DNA of 64,000 nucleotides, from positions 676,637-740,636 of the forward strand of contig CANNCL010000002.1 in NCBI GenBank assembly GCA_947503155.1, given 5' to 3'. Both the position numbers and the translations under genes were made by a program. The notes below the pieces were generated by a model. That model searched no databases. It saw only the letters and a program-made list of their open reading frames with translations, and was not told the origin of the DNA. Below, one piece after another: positions 20,991 through 30,789 of the stretch; the first letter of the stretch is position 1; every line of letters starts with the position of its first letter. This DNA is from an uncultured Erythrobacter sp. GTDB lineage: Bacteria > Pseudomonadota > Alphaproteobacteria > Sphingomonadales > Sphingomonadaceae.

Positions 20991-21902
20991 TCAGAGAAAG
21001 CCTGCCTTTTTCGCGGTGTCGATCACGCCGCGCGCCAATTCAACCGGGCGGTCTTCTTGGCAAAAATGTCCGCATGTCTCCAAAATTTCATGCGGCATTC
21101 CCTCTGCGCCCTTAATCCGGTCGGCTAAAGTCGCGCCAAGCCCGCCGGTCACCGGATCATCTGCGCCGAACAATGTCAGAAACGGTCTGTCATAAGCAGC
21201 CAGCCCCTTCCACGCGGCGATGTTCTGAGCAATGCCGTCCATCCCATCTTCGACAGGAACCAAAGCAGGGAAAGCGCGCGCGCCGGCTTTGCTGGGTTCG
21301 TCGGGGAAGGGCGCATCATAGGCGGCCACTTCTTCGGCGGTGCGATCTGTTGCGGTGGCCCGTTGGAGCAGTTCGCCGATCATGAATTCAGGAGAGCTTT
21401 TCGCAAATTCGCGCCATGCAAGGAATGCAGGCGATGGGCTGCCGCCGGTTGGCAGGAACGTGTTGCTGGCGGTGACGCAGGAGAATTTGTCTGGCTCCTC
21501 GCCCACCATCCTCAGCCCCAGTAATCCGCCCCAATCTTGGCAGAACAAAGCCGCCGTTTGGGGCACCGCACCTTCGCGCCATTGTTTAAGCCAATCGACA
21601 TGCCGATCATAAGAATAGAACGCGATGTCATCCGGCTTATCGCTTTTGCCAAACCCGATCAGATCGGGCGCAAGGCAGCGAAAGCCAGCCTCCACCAGAA
21701 CCGGGATCATCTTGCGGTAAAGGAAGCTCCAGCTTGGCTCTCCATGAAACAACAGAACCGGCGGCGCATCTTTTGGCCCCTCATCAATGTAATGCATCCG
21801 GCCCGAAAACCCTTCGCCCAGATCAATGTCGATCCAGTTTTCTGCGAAAGGATAATCGGGGATCGTTGCAAAGCGGGCGAGGTCAGCTTTCAGGACTTGC
21901 AT
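20991..21902 (-). CDS. Haloalkane dehalogenase (DhlA-like, HLD-I type)
   Basis: HGEPSWSFLYRKM, PDLIGFGKSDK, nucleophile QDWGG, acid GADDP, base GHFCQED; SD AAGGAG before ATG 21902. Confidence 0.88.
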   Translation of the reverse strand: MQVLKADLARFATIPDYPFAENWIDIDLGEGFSGRMHYIDEGPKDAPPVLLFHGEPSWSFLYRKMIPVLVEAGFRCLAPDLIGFGKSDKPDDIAFYSYDRHVDWLKQWREGAVPQTAALFCQDWGGLLGLRMVGEEPDKFSCVTASNTFLPTGGSPSPAFLAWREFAKSSPEFMIGELLQRATATDRTAEEVAAYDAPFPDEPSKAGARAFPALVPVEDGMDGIAQNIAAWKGLAAYDRPFLTLFGADDPVTGGLGATLADRIKGAEGMPHEILETCGHFCQEDRPVELARGVIDTAKKAGFL

Positions 21903-21960
21903 CGGGTCTGTCTCCTTAATGCGGAGATCAGTAGCATAGAAAAACCTAGGCCAAAGCCCC

Positions 21961-22824
21961 TTATGCTTGCTCGCCAACCTTGTCGCCCATCGGCACACGC
22001 TCCTTGAACGTGTGGGTGATGTAAGGGAATGGAATTTCAATTCCTGCCTCATCCAGCCCGCGTTTTATAGCGCGCACGACCTTGTCCTTGCTTTCCCAAC
22101 CGTCGCGCGGGGTCGATCCCGCCCACCAACGGACGAGGAAATCGACCGACGAGGAATTGAATTCCTGCGCAAAGATATCGAGGCCCTTGTCGCTATCGAC
22201 GTTATCCACGGCGCAGACCGCCTTGCGAATGACGTCAGCAGCCTGGTCGAGATCGGTGTCGTAAGAGACACCGATCACAACGTCGTGACGGCGTTGCTGT
22301 TTGTCGGTCAGGATTTCGACGGGGTTTTTGAACAGGACCGAATTGGGCACAACCGTCAGTTCCCCAGACAATGACCGAACATGCGTTTCGCGCAGAGTGA
22401 TATGTTCGACCTTGCCGATGATGCCCCCGCATTCAATCACGTCGCCAATGCGCATTTTTTCGCGCACCATAATCAAAACCCCGGCGAGGAAGTTTTCAAA
22501 TATGTCTTGAAACGCGAAACCAATCGCGACCGCGCCGATGCCAAGTCCCGCGATTAAACTGCCCGCGGTCATGCCGGGGAAAACGACAATCGCCGCGATC
22601 ATCAGGCCCAGCACCCATGTGCCAAGTTTCACCAATGTTTCAATCAGTTGCCGCAGCGACGGGCGCAGGTCCGTTCTGCCGATAATCGACTCGACAATTT
22701 TCATCGCAAACTTTGCGACGATTGCCGTGATGATGATGATGACGATCGCGATAACGATCGAAGGCAGGGTCCGCACGAAGTCAGTCCCCATCGCGTTGAG
22801 TTGGTCGGTTAATGTTCCAAGCAT
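21961..22824 (-). CDS. Small-conductance mechanosensitive channel (MscS family)
   Basis: AGLGIGAVAIGFAFQDIFENFLAG, GDVI, G.VEHITLRET and VPNS motifs. Confidence 0.92.
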   Translation of the reverse strand: MLGTLTDQLNAMGTDFVRTLPSIVIAIVIIIITAIVAKFAMKIVESIIGRTDLRPSLRQLIETLVKLGTWVLGLMIAAIVVFPGMTAGSLIAGLGIGAVAIGFAFQDIFENFLAGVLIMVREKMRIGDVIECGGIIGKVEHITLRETHVRSLSGELTVVPNSVLFKNPVEILTDKQQRRHDVVIGVSYDTDLDQAADVIRKAVCAVDNVDSDKGLDIFAQEFNSSSVDFLVRWWAGSTPRDGWESKDKVVRAIKRGLDEAGIEIPFPYITHTFKERVPMGDKVGEQA

Positions 22825-22856
22825 ATTGGTGTCGTGTACCTTTCTGTTTGTTATCT

Positions 22857-22882
22857 AACAGCGCACCATGCCGGATTGTTCC
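22857..22882 (-). promoter_or_regulatory. Candidate EcfG/SigT general-stress promoter upstream of mscS
   Basis: GGAAC-N17-TGTT versus the consensus GGAAC-N16/17-CGTT. Confidence 0.45.
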
Positions 22883-22998
22883 GATTTCATTCGCGGTGCG
22901 GGGCAGTGCCTTAGCAATTGCATGAGGTGGACTTGGCGCACATGTGCGGGCAATCACGCTGTCCAACGCGCTGACGAACATGTGACAATGGGACTGAT

Positions 22999-24159
22999 AT
23001 GCAATCTGAGAGCGAAGAACTTGCCGAAATCCGCCGTGCGGTGCGCGCATTGTGTGATGATTTCCCGGGTGAATATTGGCGCACCAAAGATGCGGCGCGT
23101 GAATATCCGGGCGAATTTGTTGATGCTCTGACGAAAGCGGGCTTTCTCGCCGCGCTGATCCCAGACGAATTTGGCGGCAGCGGCCTTAGCCTCGATGCGG
23201 CCTGCGTCATTATGGAAGAAATCCAAGCGAGCGGCTGCAATGGCAGTTCTGCTCATGCGCAGATGTATATTATGAACACATTGCTGCGTTATGGCAGCGA
23301 TGCGCAGAAAAACGAATATCTGCCCAAAATCGCCAGCGGAGAATTGCGTTTGCAAGCGTTCGGCGTGTCCGAACCGACCAGCGGAACCGATACGTTGAGC
23401 CTGAAAACGCGCGCGGTGAAAGACGGCGATGAATATGTCATCAGCGGTCAGAAAATCTGGACAAGCCGGGCGGAACATTCCGATCTGATGCTGCTGCTGG
23501 CGCGCACCACGCCGCGGGATCAGGTTGAGAAGAAGACAGAGGGCCTATCGATGTTCCTCGTCGATATGCAGGTCGCGCTCAAATCCGGCATGACCGTCAA
23601 ACCGATCCGCACGATGATGAACCATTCATCATGCGAAGTGTTCTTCGATGATCTGCGCATCCCGGCCAGCGCGCTTGTGGGAGAGGAGGGGAAGGGCTTT
23701 CGCTATATCCTTTCTGGCATGAATGCCGAACGTATCCTGATCGCCAGCGAATGTATTGGTGATGCGAAATGGTTCATTGAAAAAGCAACCGGCTACGCCA
23801 GCGATCGCAACGTCTTTGCGCGGCCTATTGGCCAGAACCAAGGCGTCCAATTCCCGATCGCACGCTGTTACGCCCAAATGCGCGCGGCGGAATTGATGGT
23901 TCACCACGCCGCGCATGTTTACGATGAAGGCGGCAATCCCGGCGAAGAGGCGAATATGGCCAAAATGCTTGCCTCCGAGGCAAGCTGGGCGGCGGCGGAT
24001 ATGTGTGTGCAAACATTTGGCGGATTTGGCTTTGCCGAAGAATATGACGTGGAGCGTAAATTCCGCGAAGCGCGGCTTTACACCGTGGCGCCAATCTCCA
24101 CGAATTTGATCCTGTCTTATCTGGCCGAACATGTGCTGGGCCTGCCGCGATCCTATTGA
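22999..24159 (+). CDS. Acyl-CoA dehydrogenase family protein
   Basis: GVSEPTSGTD, GQKIWTS, IGQNQGVQF, ANMAK, QTFGGFGF and ERKFREAR motifs. Confidence 0.92.
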   Translation: MQSESEELAEIRRAVRALCDDFPGEYWRTKDAAREYPGEFVDALTKAGFLAALIPDEFGGSGLSLDAACVIMEEIQASGCNGSSAHAQMYIMNTLLRYGSDAQKNEYLPKIASGELRLQAFGVSEPTSGTDTLSLKTRAVKDGDEYVISGQKIWTSRAEHSDLMLLLARTTPRDQVEKKTEGLSMFLVDMQVALKSGMTVKPIRTMMNHSSCEVFFDDLRIPASALVGEEGKGFRYILSGMNAERILIASECIGDAKWFIEKATGYASDRNVFARPIGQNQGVQFPIARCYAQMRAAELMVHHAAHVYDEGGNPGEEANMAKMLASEASWAAADMCVQTFGGFGFAEEYDVERKFREARLYTVAPISTNLILSYLAEHVLGLPRSY

Positions 24160-24276
24160 CGCGTGCCGAATGCCTCATTTGGGCGCATTTCCTAGGTATT
24201 TGGCACTTTGCGGCGCATTTTGCTTGATGCGGCGGGTTAACTATGATTCTGTGGAAATCGGATCAGGGACACCGAA

Positions 24277-24576
24277 ATGCGCAAACCACCAAAGGAACAT
24301 GTGAAGCAGGCGCTTGCGCTTATGCTGCTTGTCGTCCTGACGGTGTCTGCGATTGCGGGGCCGACCGGGTTGCTTGCTTGGGCGGAGAATGAAGAGACGC
24401 TTGATCAGCGCTTGGGCCGTATCGCGATGCTGAAGGAAAAGCGTGATGCGCTGAAGAACCGCGTTGAACTGCTTGATCCCAATGGCGCAGACCCTGATTT
24501 GGTGAGCGAATTGATCCGCGAAGACCTTGGCGTGATCCACCCAGATGAGATTGTGATCACTCTCGACGAATATTGA
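24277..24576 (+). CDS. Septum formation initiator (FtsB/DivIC family)
   Basis: Single TM helix, GPTGL, coiled coil, LIREDLGVIHPDE; upstream of pdhA. Confidence 0.82.
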   Translation: MRKPPKEHVKQALALMLLVVLTVSAIAGPTGLLAWAENEETLDQRLGRIAMLKEKRDALKNRVELLDPNGADPDLVSELIREDLGVIHPDEIVITLDEY

Positions 24577-24612
24577 GCGCGACGAAGACTGAGCGCGGCG
24601 AAGATTGAGGGC
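24565..24612 (+). repeat. Degenerate 16-bp tandem repeat x3 containing the ftsB stop
   Basis: GACGAATATTGAGCGC / GACGAAGACTGAGCGC / GGCGAAGATTGAGGGC. Confidence 0.85.
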
Positions 24613-24789
24613 AGTATTTTACCTCCCTCTGGTTTCCTTCAACTGCATTTTTAACCGATCTGGCAAATACGCGCTTTGGGTGCGTGTTGACGTTGCGTAA
24701 CGCGTGTTTCGGTGCCTATAGGGGTGACGATTGGTGGGCGCGCATCCTCCTCCCCGGTGGCGCATTCAAATGAGAGAAGGATTTTCAAC

Positions 24790-25890
24790 TTGGCCAAAAA
24801 ACCCGCAGCAAAGAAGCCGGCTGCCGCGAAACCCGCATCTCCTGAGATTGCGGCCGCTTCTGAGGATCCCGATTTCATGCTGCATTCTTTGCAAGCTGAA
24901 TTTGAGGCCGCAAAAAGCTTCGCAGCGAGCGATGATCAGATGCTCGAATTTTATCGGCAGATGCTGCTCATCCGGCGATTTGAGGAGAAGGCTGGCCAGC
25001 TTTACGGTCTCGGCCTGATTGGCGGTTTCTGCCACCTTTATATCGGGCAAGAAGCGGTCGCGATTGGTCTGCAATCGGCGTTGGATAACGACAAAGATAG
25101 CGTGATCACCGGTTACCGTGATCACGGCCACATGCTCGCTTACGGCATTGATCCCAAAGTGATCATGGCCGAATTGACGGGCCGAGAAGCTGGCATATCC
25201 AAGGGCAAGGGCGGCTCTATGCACATGTTCAGCACCGAACATAAATTTTACGGCGGGCACGGCATTGTCGGCGCGCAAGTCGCCTTGGGCGGCGGCCTCG
25301 CACTCGCGCATCAATATAACGAAGATGGCGGGCTGTGCCTTGCGTACTTTGGCGACGGCGCAGCGAACCAAGGGCAGGTTTACGAAACCTTCAACATGGC
25401 GGCTTTGTGGAACTTGCCGATCGTGTTTGTTGTGGAAGACAACCAATATGCGATGGGCACCGCCAGCGCGCGTTCTTCGGCAGAGACGCGCTTTCACCGC
25501 CGCGGCACGGCATTCCGCATTCCCGGCATGGATGTTGACGGCATGAACGTCCTAGAGGTTCGCGCCGCCGCAGAAGTTGCCTTTAAGCATGTGCGCGATG
25601 GTAAGGGGCCGGTTCTGATGGAGCTTAACACTTACCGCTATCGCGGGCATTCCATGTCCGATCCGGCGAAATACCGGACGCGCGACGAAGTGCAGGAACA
25701 GCGCGAGAAATATGACCCGATTGAGCGGCTGAAGAAGTCGCTGGTTGAGGCGGGGCATGATGAGGCCGACCTTAAAGCTATCGACAAGGATATTCGCAAG
25801 ATTGTGACTGAGGCTGCTGATTTCTCAGAAAGTTCACCTGAGCCGGAGCCGTCCGAGCTCTACACCGACATTCTGGTGGAGAAATACTGA
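24790..25890 (+). CDS. pdhA: Pyruvate dehydrogenase E1 alpha subunit
   Basis: [29 protein letters not shown] (TPP) and [11 protein letters not shown] motifs. TTG start at 24790 inferred. Confidence 0.96.
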   Translation: MAKKPAAKKPAAAKPASPEIAAASEDPDFMLHSLQAEFEAAKSFAASDDQMLEFYRQMLLIRRFEEKAGQLYGLGLIGGFCHLYIGQEAVAIGLQSALDNDKDSVITGYRDHGHMLAYGIDPKVIMAELTGREAGISKGKGGSMHMFSTEHKFYGGHGIVGAQVALGGGLALAHQYNEDGGLCLAYFGDGAANQGQVYETFNMAALWNLPIVFVVEDNQYAMGTASARSSAETRFHRRGTAFRIPGMDVDGMNVLEVRAAAEVAFKHVRDGKGPVLMELNTYRYRGHSMSDPAKYRTRDEVQEQREKYDPIERLKKSLVEAGHDEADLKAIDKDIRKIVTEAADFSESSPEPEPSELYTDILVEKY

Positions 25891-27248
25891 TGGCTATCGA
25901 ACTCAAAATGCCTGCGCTTTCCCCCACAATGGAAGAAGGCACGCTCGCCAAATGGCTCAAAGCCGAAGGCGACACGATCGAACCCGGCGATATTATCGCT
26001 GAGATTGAAACCGACAAAGCGACGATGGAATTCGAAGCGATTGATGACGGGGTGCTGACCAAAATCTTGGTGGCCGAGGGGACAGAGAATGTCGCCGTGG
26101 GCACTGTGATTGCTCAGCTCGAAGGGGAAGGGGAGGAAAGCGCTCCTGCTGCCTCGGCTCCTGCAGCTTCGGAAACGCCAGCTCCGGCTCCGGCGCCCGC
26201 TCCTGCTGCGGAAAAACCGGCGGTTTCGGCTCCGGCCAATGATCCCGCCATCCCCGCCGGCACCAGTTTCACCAGCACACCAGTGCGCGAGGCGTTGCGT
26301 GATGCGATGGCAGAAGAAATGCGCAATGATCGCCGCGTATTCGTCATGGGCGAGGAAGTGGCCGAATATCAGGGCGCTTACAAAGTCACGCAGGGTCTGC
26401 TCGATGAATTCGGGCCAAAGCGCGTCATTGATACCCCGATCACCGAATATGGTTTCGCCGGTATTGGTGCAGGCGCGGCGATGGGCGGATTGAAGCCTGT
26501 GGTTGAATTTATGACGTTCAACTTTGCGATGCAGGCGATTGACCACATCGTAAACTCTGCGGCGAAAACGAATTATATGAGCGGCGGCCAAATGCGCTGC
26601 CCCATCGTGTTCCGCGGCCCTAACGGCGCAGCAAGCCGAGTTGGCGCGCAGCACAGCCAGAATTACGGGCCGTGGTATGCCAGTGTCCCCGGCCTGATCG
26701 TGATCGCGCCGTATGACAGCGCCGATGCCAAGGGGTTGATGAAGGCCGCGATCCGTACGGATGACCCGGTCGTCTTCCTTGAAAACGAGCTGGTTTACGG
26801 ACGCAATTTTGATGTGCCCGACCTGGATGATCACGTCCTGCCAATCGGCAAGGCGCGGATCGTGCGCGAAGGCAAAGACGCAACCATCGTCACTTATTCC
26901 ATCGGCGTAGGTTTGGCCCTTGAGGCGGCGGAAACGCTTGCGGCAGAGGGCATTGATGCAGAAGTCATCGACCTGCGCACTCTTCGCCCGCTCGACAAAC
27001 AAGCGGTGCTCGACAGCCTAGCGAAGACTAACCGCATGGTTGTGGCCGAAGAAGGCTGGCCGACATGTTCTATCGCCAGCGAAATCGTGTCCATTTGTAT
27101 GGAGGAAGGGTTCGACGATCTCGATGCACCGGTTATCCGTGTGTGCAACGAAGACGTGCCGCTGCCTTATGCAGCCAACCTTGAAAAAATCGCGCTGATC
27201 GATGCTCCTCGGATTGTCGAGGCGGTCAAAAAGGTCTGCTACGTCTAA
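25890..27248 (+). CDS. pdhB: Pyruvate dehydrogenase E1 beta subunit with N-terminal lipoyl domain
   Basis: [11 protein letters not shown] and ETDKATME lipoyl motifs, Ala/Pro linker, DTPITE and FAMQAIDH motifs. Confidence 0.96.
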   Translation: MAIELKMPALSPTMEEGTLAKWLKAEGDTIEPGDIIAEIETDKATMEFEAIDDGVLTKILVAEGTENVAVGTVIAQLEGEGEESAPAASAPAASETPAPAPAPAPAAEKPAVSAPANDPAIPAGTSFTSTPVREALRDAMAEEMRNDRRVFVMGEEVAEYQGAYKVTQGLLDEFGPKRVIDTPITEYGFAGIGAGAAMGGLKPVVEFMTFNFAMQAIDHIVNSAAKTNYMSGGQMRCPIVFRGPNGAASRVGAQHSQNYGPWYASVPGLIVIAPYDSADAKGLMKAAIRTDDPVVFLENELVYGRNFDVPDLDDHVLPIGKARIVREGKDATIVTYSIGVGLALEAAETLAAEGIDAEVIDLRTLRPLDKQAVLDSLAKTNRMVVAEEGWPTCSIASEIVSICMEEGFDDLDAPVIRVCNEDVPLPYAANLEKIALIDAPRIVEAVKKVCYV

Positions 27249-27262
27249 GCGGATACCCACAT

Positions 27263-27302
27263 AAAAAGGGGGAGGGCGCGGATTTCGCGGCCTCCCCCTT
27301 TT
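27263..27302. terminator. Bidirectional intrinsic terminator between pdhB and tadE
   Basis: AAAAAGGGGGAGG..CCTCCCCCTTTT inverted repeat with A and T tracts, between convergent genes. Confidence 0.85.
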
Positions 27303-27322
27303 GTATTCTAAGCGTGGCCAAA

Positions 27323-28018
27323 TTAGCTTGGCCGGTCCGCCGAAAACGTGCCGCAACTTGCCACAGGCGAGGCCGGCGTTGTCTGATACAACCGGGTCAA
27401 ATCCCGGCTATCGCGCACGTTAAACGCGGCGGTGTATTCGATCTGTGTGTCGCCGTAAAAATCGAACGGGGTGATCGGTTCGTAAGTGTAAGACACTTCG
27501 ACAAACATCACAGCAGTGCCCGGACTCGCGGTGATGCGGTTGCTTGCCTCGCCCATTCCGGGAAAGCTTGTGCCGCTCGATCCATCGCCTTCCGAGCCAT
27601 AGGATGACGCGTGGTTCTTAAGCCCCCGGCAACGCTGCCAAGCTATCCATTGGCCGCCATCGGCGTTTTGTTGCAAGCTGGATAGTATGATCCGGCCCTG
27701 GTCAAAAATAGCGTAATTGTCGCCCAGTTTTTCTGCGCCAACGAAAGTGCTGTTCACATCGTTCTCATACACTTTGCGCGAAACGAGAATGTCGTTCTCA
27801 CCCACTCGGGACGCGTTATCCGCGACCTGCATAGCAACCTGGCTCACTTGCATGTGAGTGATCGTGAAATAGGCGGTCTCTGTTCCGAGCAGGCCAAGGC
27901 CCAGTACGATCGGCGCGCTAAAGGCGAATTCCACCATAGCGACTGCGGAAGTGTCGCGGCCAAGACCGCGCAAACGCGCAAGCTTGGTTTTGGCAGATTG
28001 GAGAGTTCTAGTAATCAT
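27323..28018 (-). CDS. TadE/TadG-family pseudopilin-like protein
   Basis: Pilin-like N-terminus DTSAVAMVEFAFSAP; TGATG overlap with the upstream gene. Confidence 0.8.
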   Translation of the reverse strand: MITRTLQSAKTKLARLRGLGRDTSAVAMVEFAFSAPIVLGLGLLGTETAYFTITHMQVSQVAMQVADNASRVGENDILVSRKVYENDVNSTFVGAEKLGDNYAIFDQGRIILSSLQQNADGGQWIAWQRCRGLKNHASSYGSEGDGSSGTSFPGMGEASNRITASPGTAVMFVEVSYTYEPITPFDFYGDTQIEYTAAFNVRDSRDLTRLYQTTPASPVASCGTFSADRPS

Positions 28019-28629
28019 CAGGGGCAATTCCCGGTCACAAAGGTTTCGTCCTGCTGGTCGTATGGTTGGTTGCGCAGCACGGTAGTGGCTCGCAATTCGA
28101 CATTCTGAGGCAGGCCAGCAAGTCCATACATCGGGAACAACCGCGGATAGGATACGACAGCGGTGTAAAGCACCGCATCACGCGCGCCGCCGATGCCGAT
28201 TTCGCCGCGATCATTGTCCCATTGGCCGTTATTATTGGCGTCAACGAACACTTCGTTATTGTTGCAGATACCGTCGAGCGCGCCCTCGTCGGTAAACTCT
28301 TCTGCCTCTCCGATATCTTCAAAATCGAAGTGGGAGAGTTTTTCGAGCGTCACTGTCGCCGTTCCCGGCACAACCGCGCTGACGCCGCCAATTACCCGCG
28401 CGTCAATTTCGCTTTCTCGGCTGCCTGCGCTTTCGAGCGTAAGGTCACGGCCCGCCTTTTGCATCGCCCCATTCATCAGAGCCGATGTGTATTGCGTGTG
28501 CGCCATGTCAAACAGGCCCATGATCATCAGGATCAGAACGGGTGCGACAAAGCCAAATTCGACCAATGTCGCGCCTTCTTTGTCTCCGCGTAACCCGCGA
28601 AGCCGGCGGATAAAGTTATGGCCCATCAT
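28018..28629 (-). CDS. TadE-family pseudopilin
   Basis: DKEGATLVEFGFVAPVL prepilin motif; ATGA overlap with tadG. Confidence 0.85.
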   Translation of the reverse strand: MMGHNFIRRLRGLRGDKEGATLVEFGFVAPVLILMIMGLFDMAHTQYTSALMNGAMQKAGRDLTLESAGSRESEIDARVIGGVSAVVPGTATVTLEKLSHFDFEDIGEAEEFTDEGALDGICNNNEVFVDANNNGQWDNDRGEIGIGGARDAVLYTAVVSYPRLFPMYGLAGLPQNVELRATTVLRNQPYDQQDETFVTGNCP

Positions 28630-30575
28630 GCTGTCAACCTCAGTGCTGCGATCTTCTCTGCAATTTCGCGGAATGCGCTGTCGAGTGATGTGCTATCCGT
28701 TGCCGAATAGGCCCGCCCCGGTGTCGCGCAATCGATCAGATTTTGCGACAGCGATGTACCGAACGCGACCACCCAAACAGAGATGTTCTTGTTGCGCGCG
28801 GCCCGGCAAGCGGCTTGGAAGCGTGAAGCGTGCCGATCTGACATCTGCGATGCCGATCCGTCATCAGTTACCCGGCGGTCCCACCATTCGATACCGTAAA
28901 TGCCATACAGATTGTTACCCGTCGATTGAGTACCATCGGTCATGAATACGATGTGGCGCGAGATTGCATCACCGTTTGGCGCGGTCGAATTATCAGCAGC
29001 GAAGATGCCATCGGGTGAGATGAAACGCGCACCCCAGATCATGCCAAAGTCGTGATAGGTAGCGCCTTCGGCTTCGAAGCCGTTGGCTTCCGAAATCCAG
29101 CTTTCCAAATCAGAGCGGCTGTCGAACGGTGCAAGCCTGCGCGCGGCTTTTGGGCAGAGCGTATAGGCATGGGGTTTGTCTTCTGTGGTGAAGACATCGG
29201 AGCGGGTCCAATTGTTGGAATCATCATCGCGAATATGGACAAGCGAAGGCATCATCGGTTTCCAGCGTTCGTCATCGCTGCTTGGTACAAGGTCGATGTC
29301 CAGATCGTTCGCGCCCGATGGGATTGGATCCCACGTTGCGGTTTGAACAGTGGCAGCCTCTTCGATGCACCCATTCCAAGTATGCGTTTCGTTTGCTTCT
29401 TCCCAACCCGTTGGCGCAGAAAATGAATTCGTGTTGTAGAGCGAGGTTAGGTCGAATTCGACTTCGCGGTACGCCCACTGGAACTCGCGGTTTTCAACGC
29501 GGCCCTCTGTTACGGTGATGTCGGAAACCGCATCATATTCGTAATGCTCATAAAACAGACGGCAACGGCCATTGGAATTGTAATAAGTACCGCCATCGAA
29601 CACCAATTGTTCGTATGTGACGACGCCCGTATATACGGTCGTGCGCGGGTCGCTGCCGGATTGTGAGACCTGGGTCCAACCACCCGAATTGCTGGTAACA
29701 TAATCGTCATAGCGGCTGTTAATCGAGGCAACGCATTGATTGTAAGTGAGGCCGTATTCGTTTTCTTCTGGCCGCCCTTGATAATCCCAATTGTAGCCAT
29801 CGCCGGTGCGTGTGTATGTGTATGTTTCCGGTTGGTACGTAACCGTGATGATCCAATCGGCTTCGCGCGATTGGTATGTGTGGCTTGAGGCCATCCAAGA
29901 TGTGTCTAGCGATCCGCCTACATTCACCTGATTGGCGTAGGGCACGATGCCGTAACGAATTTGGGCGCTGCTCGAAGTTGCAGAATCGACCGTATCGTAG
30001 AATGTGAGCACCGAAGCGCGCAGGTTATCGATCTTGGAATCGACCGCTTCGACATTGCCGTTATTGCCGCATGCCGTGTCCGATGCGGAGCAGTTCATCG
30101 AACCGGTCACGTCGAGGACGAAGACAATGTCGGTGTTAGAGATATTGATCTCTGCGGAACAATCCACTTCGAGGTCAAATTCATCATACCCAAAAGCACC
30201 CATGATGCTGGTGGGGAGGGTGCCGGTTGCGGCGCCGTTGACGGTTCCGTCGTTTGTCGCGGTGTAGTCGCGCGACATTTGTTCAAGGCCAAACGTCCCA
30301 GCGGGATAGTTTTGATCGAAGAAGTTTAGACCGATCTGTTTGTGCTCAGTGGTGAAATCGTCGTCATCCATCGCGCGGCGAGCGGCGAGGGCACCGGCAT
30401 CGCAGGCGGCCTGCAAACGCGTTTCGGTCATGTAATAACGGCTAGCGTCGACGCCGCCGCCAACCATTGCCATCAGCGGAACGAGCGATGCCGCAGAAAT
30501 GGCGATCGTGTTCGCGGTTTTGTCTTTCGCGATCCTACCGAAGAAGGATTGGCGGTTGCTGCGCGTCTGGCCCAT
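28626..30575 (-). CDS. TadG-family pilus protein with vWA domain and a large insert
   Basis: N-terminal Tad motif (GGGVDASRYY..LQAACDAGALA); MIDAS-like VLDVTGSM...T...FMTDG; Tyr/Thr/Asn/Gly-rich insert. Confidence 0.8.
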   Translation of the reverse strand: MGQTRSNRQSFFGRIAKDKTANTIAISAASLVPLMAMVGGGVDASRYYMTETRLQAACDAGALAARRAMDDDDFTTEHKQIGLNFFDQNYPAGTFGLEQMSRDYTATNDGTVNGAATGTLPTSIMGAFGYDEFDLEVDCSAEINISNTDIVFVLDVTGSMNCSASDTACGNNGNVEAVDSKIDNLRASVLTFYDTVDSATSSSAQIRYGIVPYANQVNVGGSLDTSWMASSHTYQSREADWIITVTYQPETYTYTRTGDGYNWDYQGRPEENEYGLTYNQCVASINSRYDDYVTSNSGGWTQVSQSGSDPRTTVYTGVVTYEQLVFDGGTYYNSNGRCRLFYEHYEYDAVSDITVTEGRVENREFQWAYREVEFDLTSLYNTNSFSAPTGWEEANETHTWNGCIEEAATVQTATWDPIPSGANDLDIDLVPSSDDERWKPMMPSLVHIRDDDSNNWTRSDVFTTEDKPHAYTLCPKAARRLAPFDSRSDLESWISEANGFEAEGATYHDFGMIWGARFISPDGIFAADNSTAPNGDAISRHIVFMTDGTQSTGNNLYGIYGIEWWDRRVTDDGSASQMSDRHASRFQAACRAARNKNISVWVVAFGTSLSQNLIDCATPGRAYSATDSTSLDSAFREIAEKIAALRLTA

Positions 30576-30789
30576 AGGTGTCGATCCTCAGGTCGAATCC
30601 GGCACACGATAGTGCGGTTTCTCAAATTCTCACCGGAGGTAATAGCGCAAGGCTGGTAAGCGGTTTCCGAAGCATTGTGGTAAACAAATACTTACTAAGG
30701 CAAGAGAGCTTTAACTCCCTTTGTCGAGGACAGATGGGCCCCATGGGTGCTATGTGTGGTACATGAATTTACGGTTATAAGCGGTCTTA

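Noticed and set aside
19520-24200. Genomic island integrated at tRNA-Arg
   Set aside because: No integrase and no repeat of the tRNA 3' end in the window; flanking genes show no obvious compositional shift.
24163-24206. 13-bp imperfect inverted repeat after the acyl-CoA dehydrogenase stop
   Set aside because: Large loop and weak U-tract; probably an ordinary transcript-end structure.
30640-30720. CtrA box upstream of tadG
   Set aside because: Best match (GTAA-N7-TTTAC on the - strand) has two mismatches to TTAA-N7-TTAAC; too weak without a scoring matrix.
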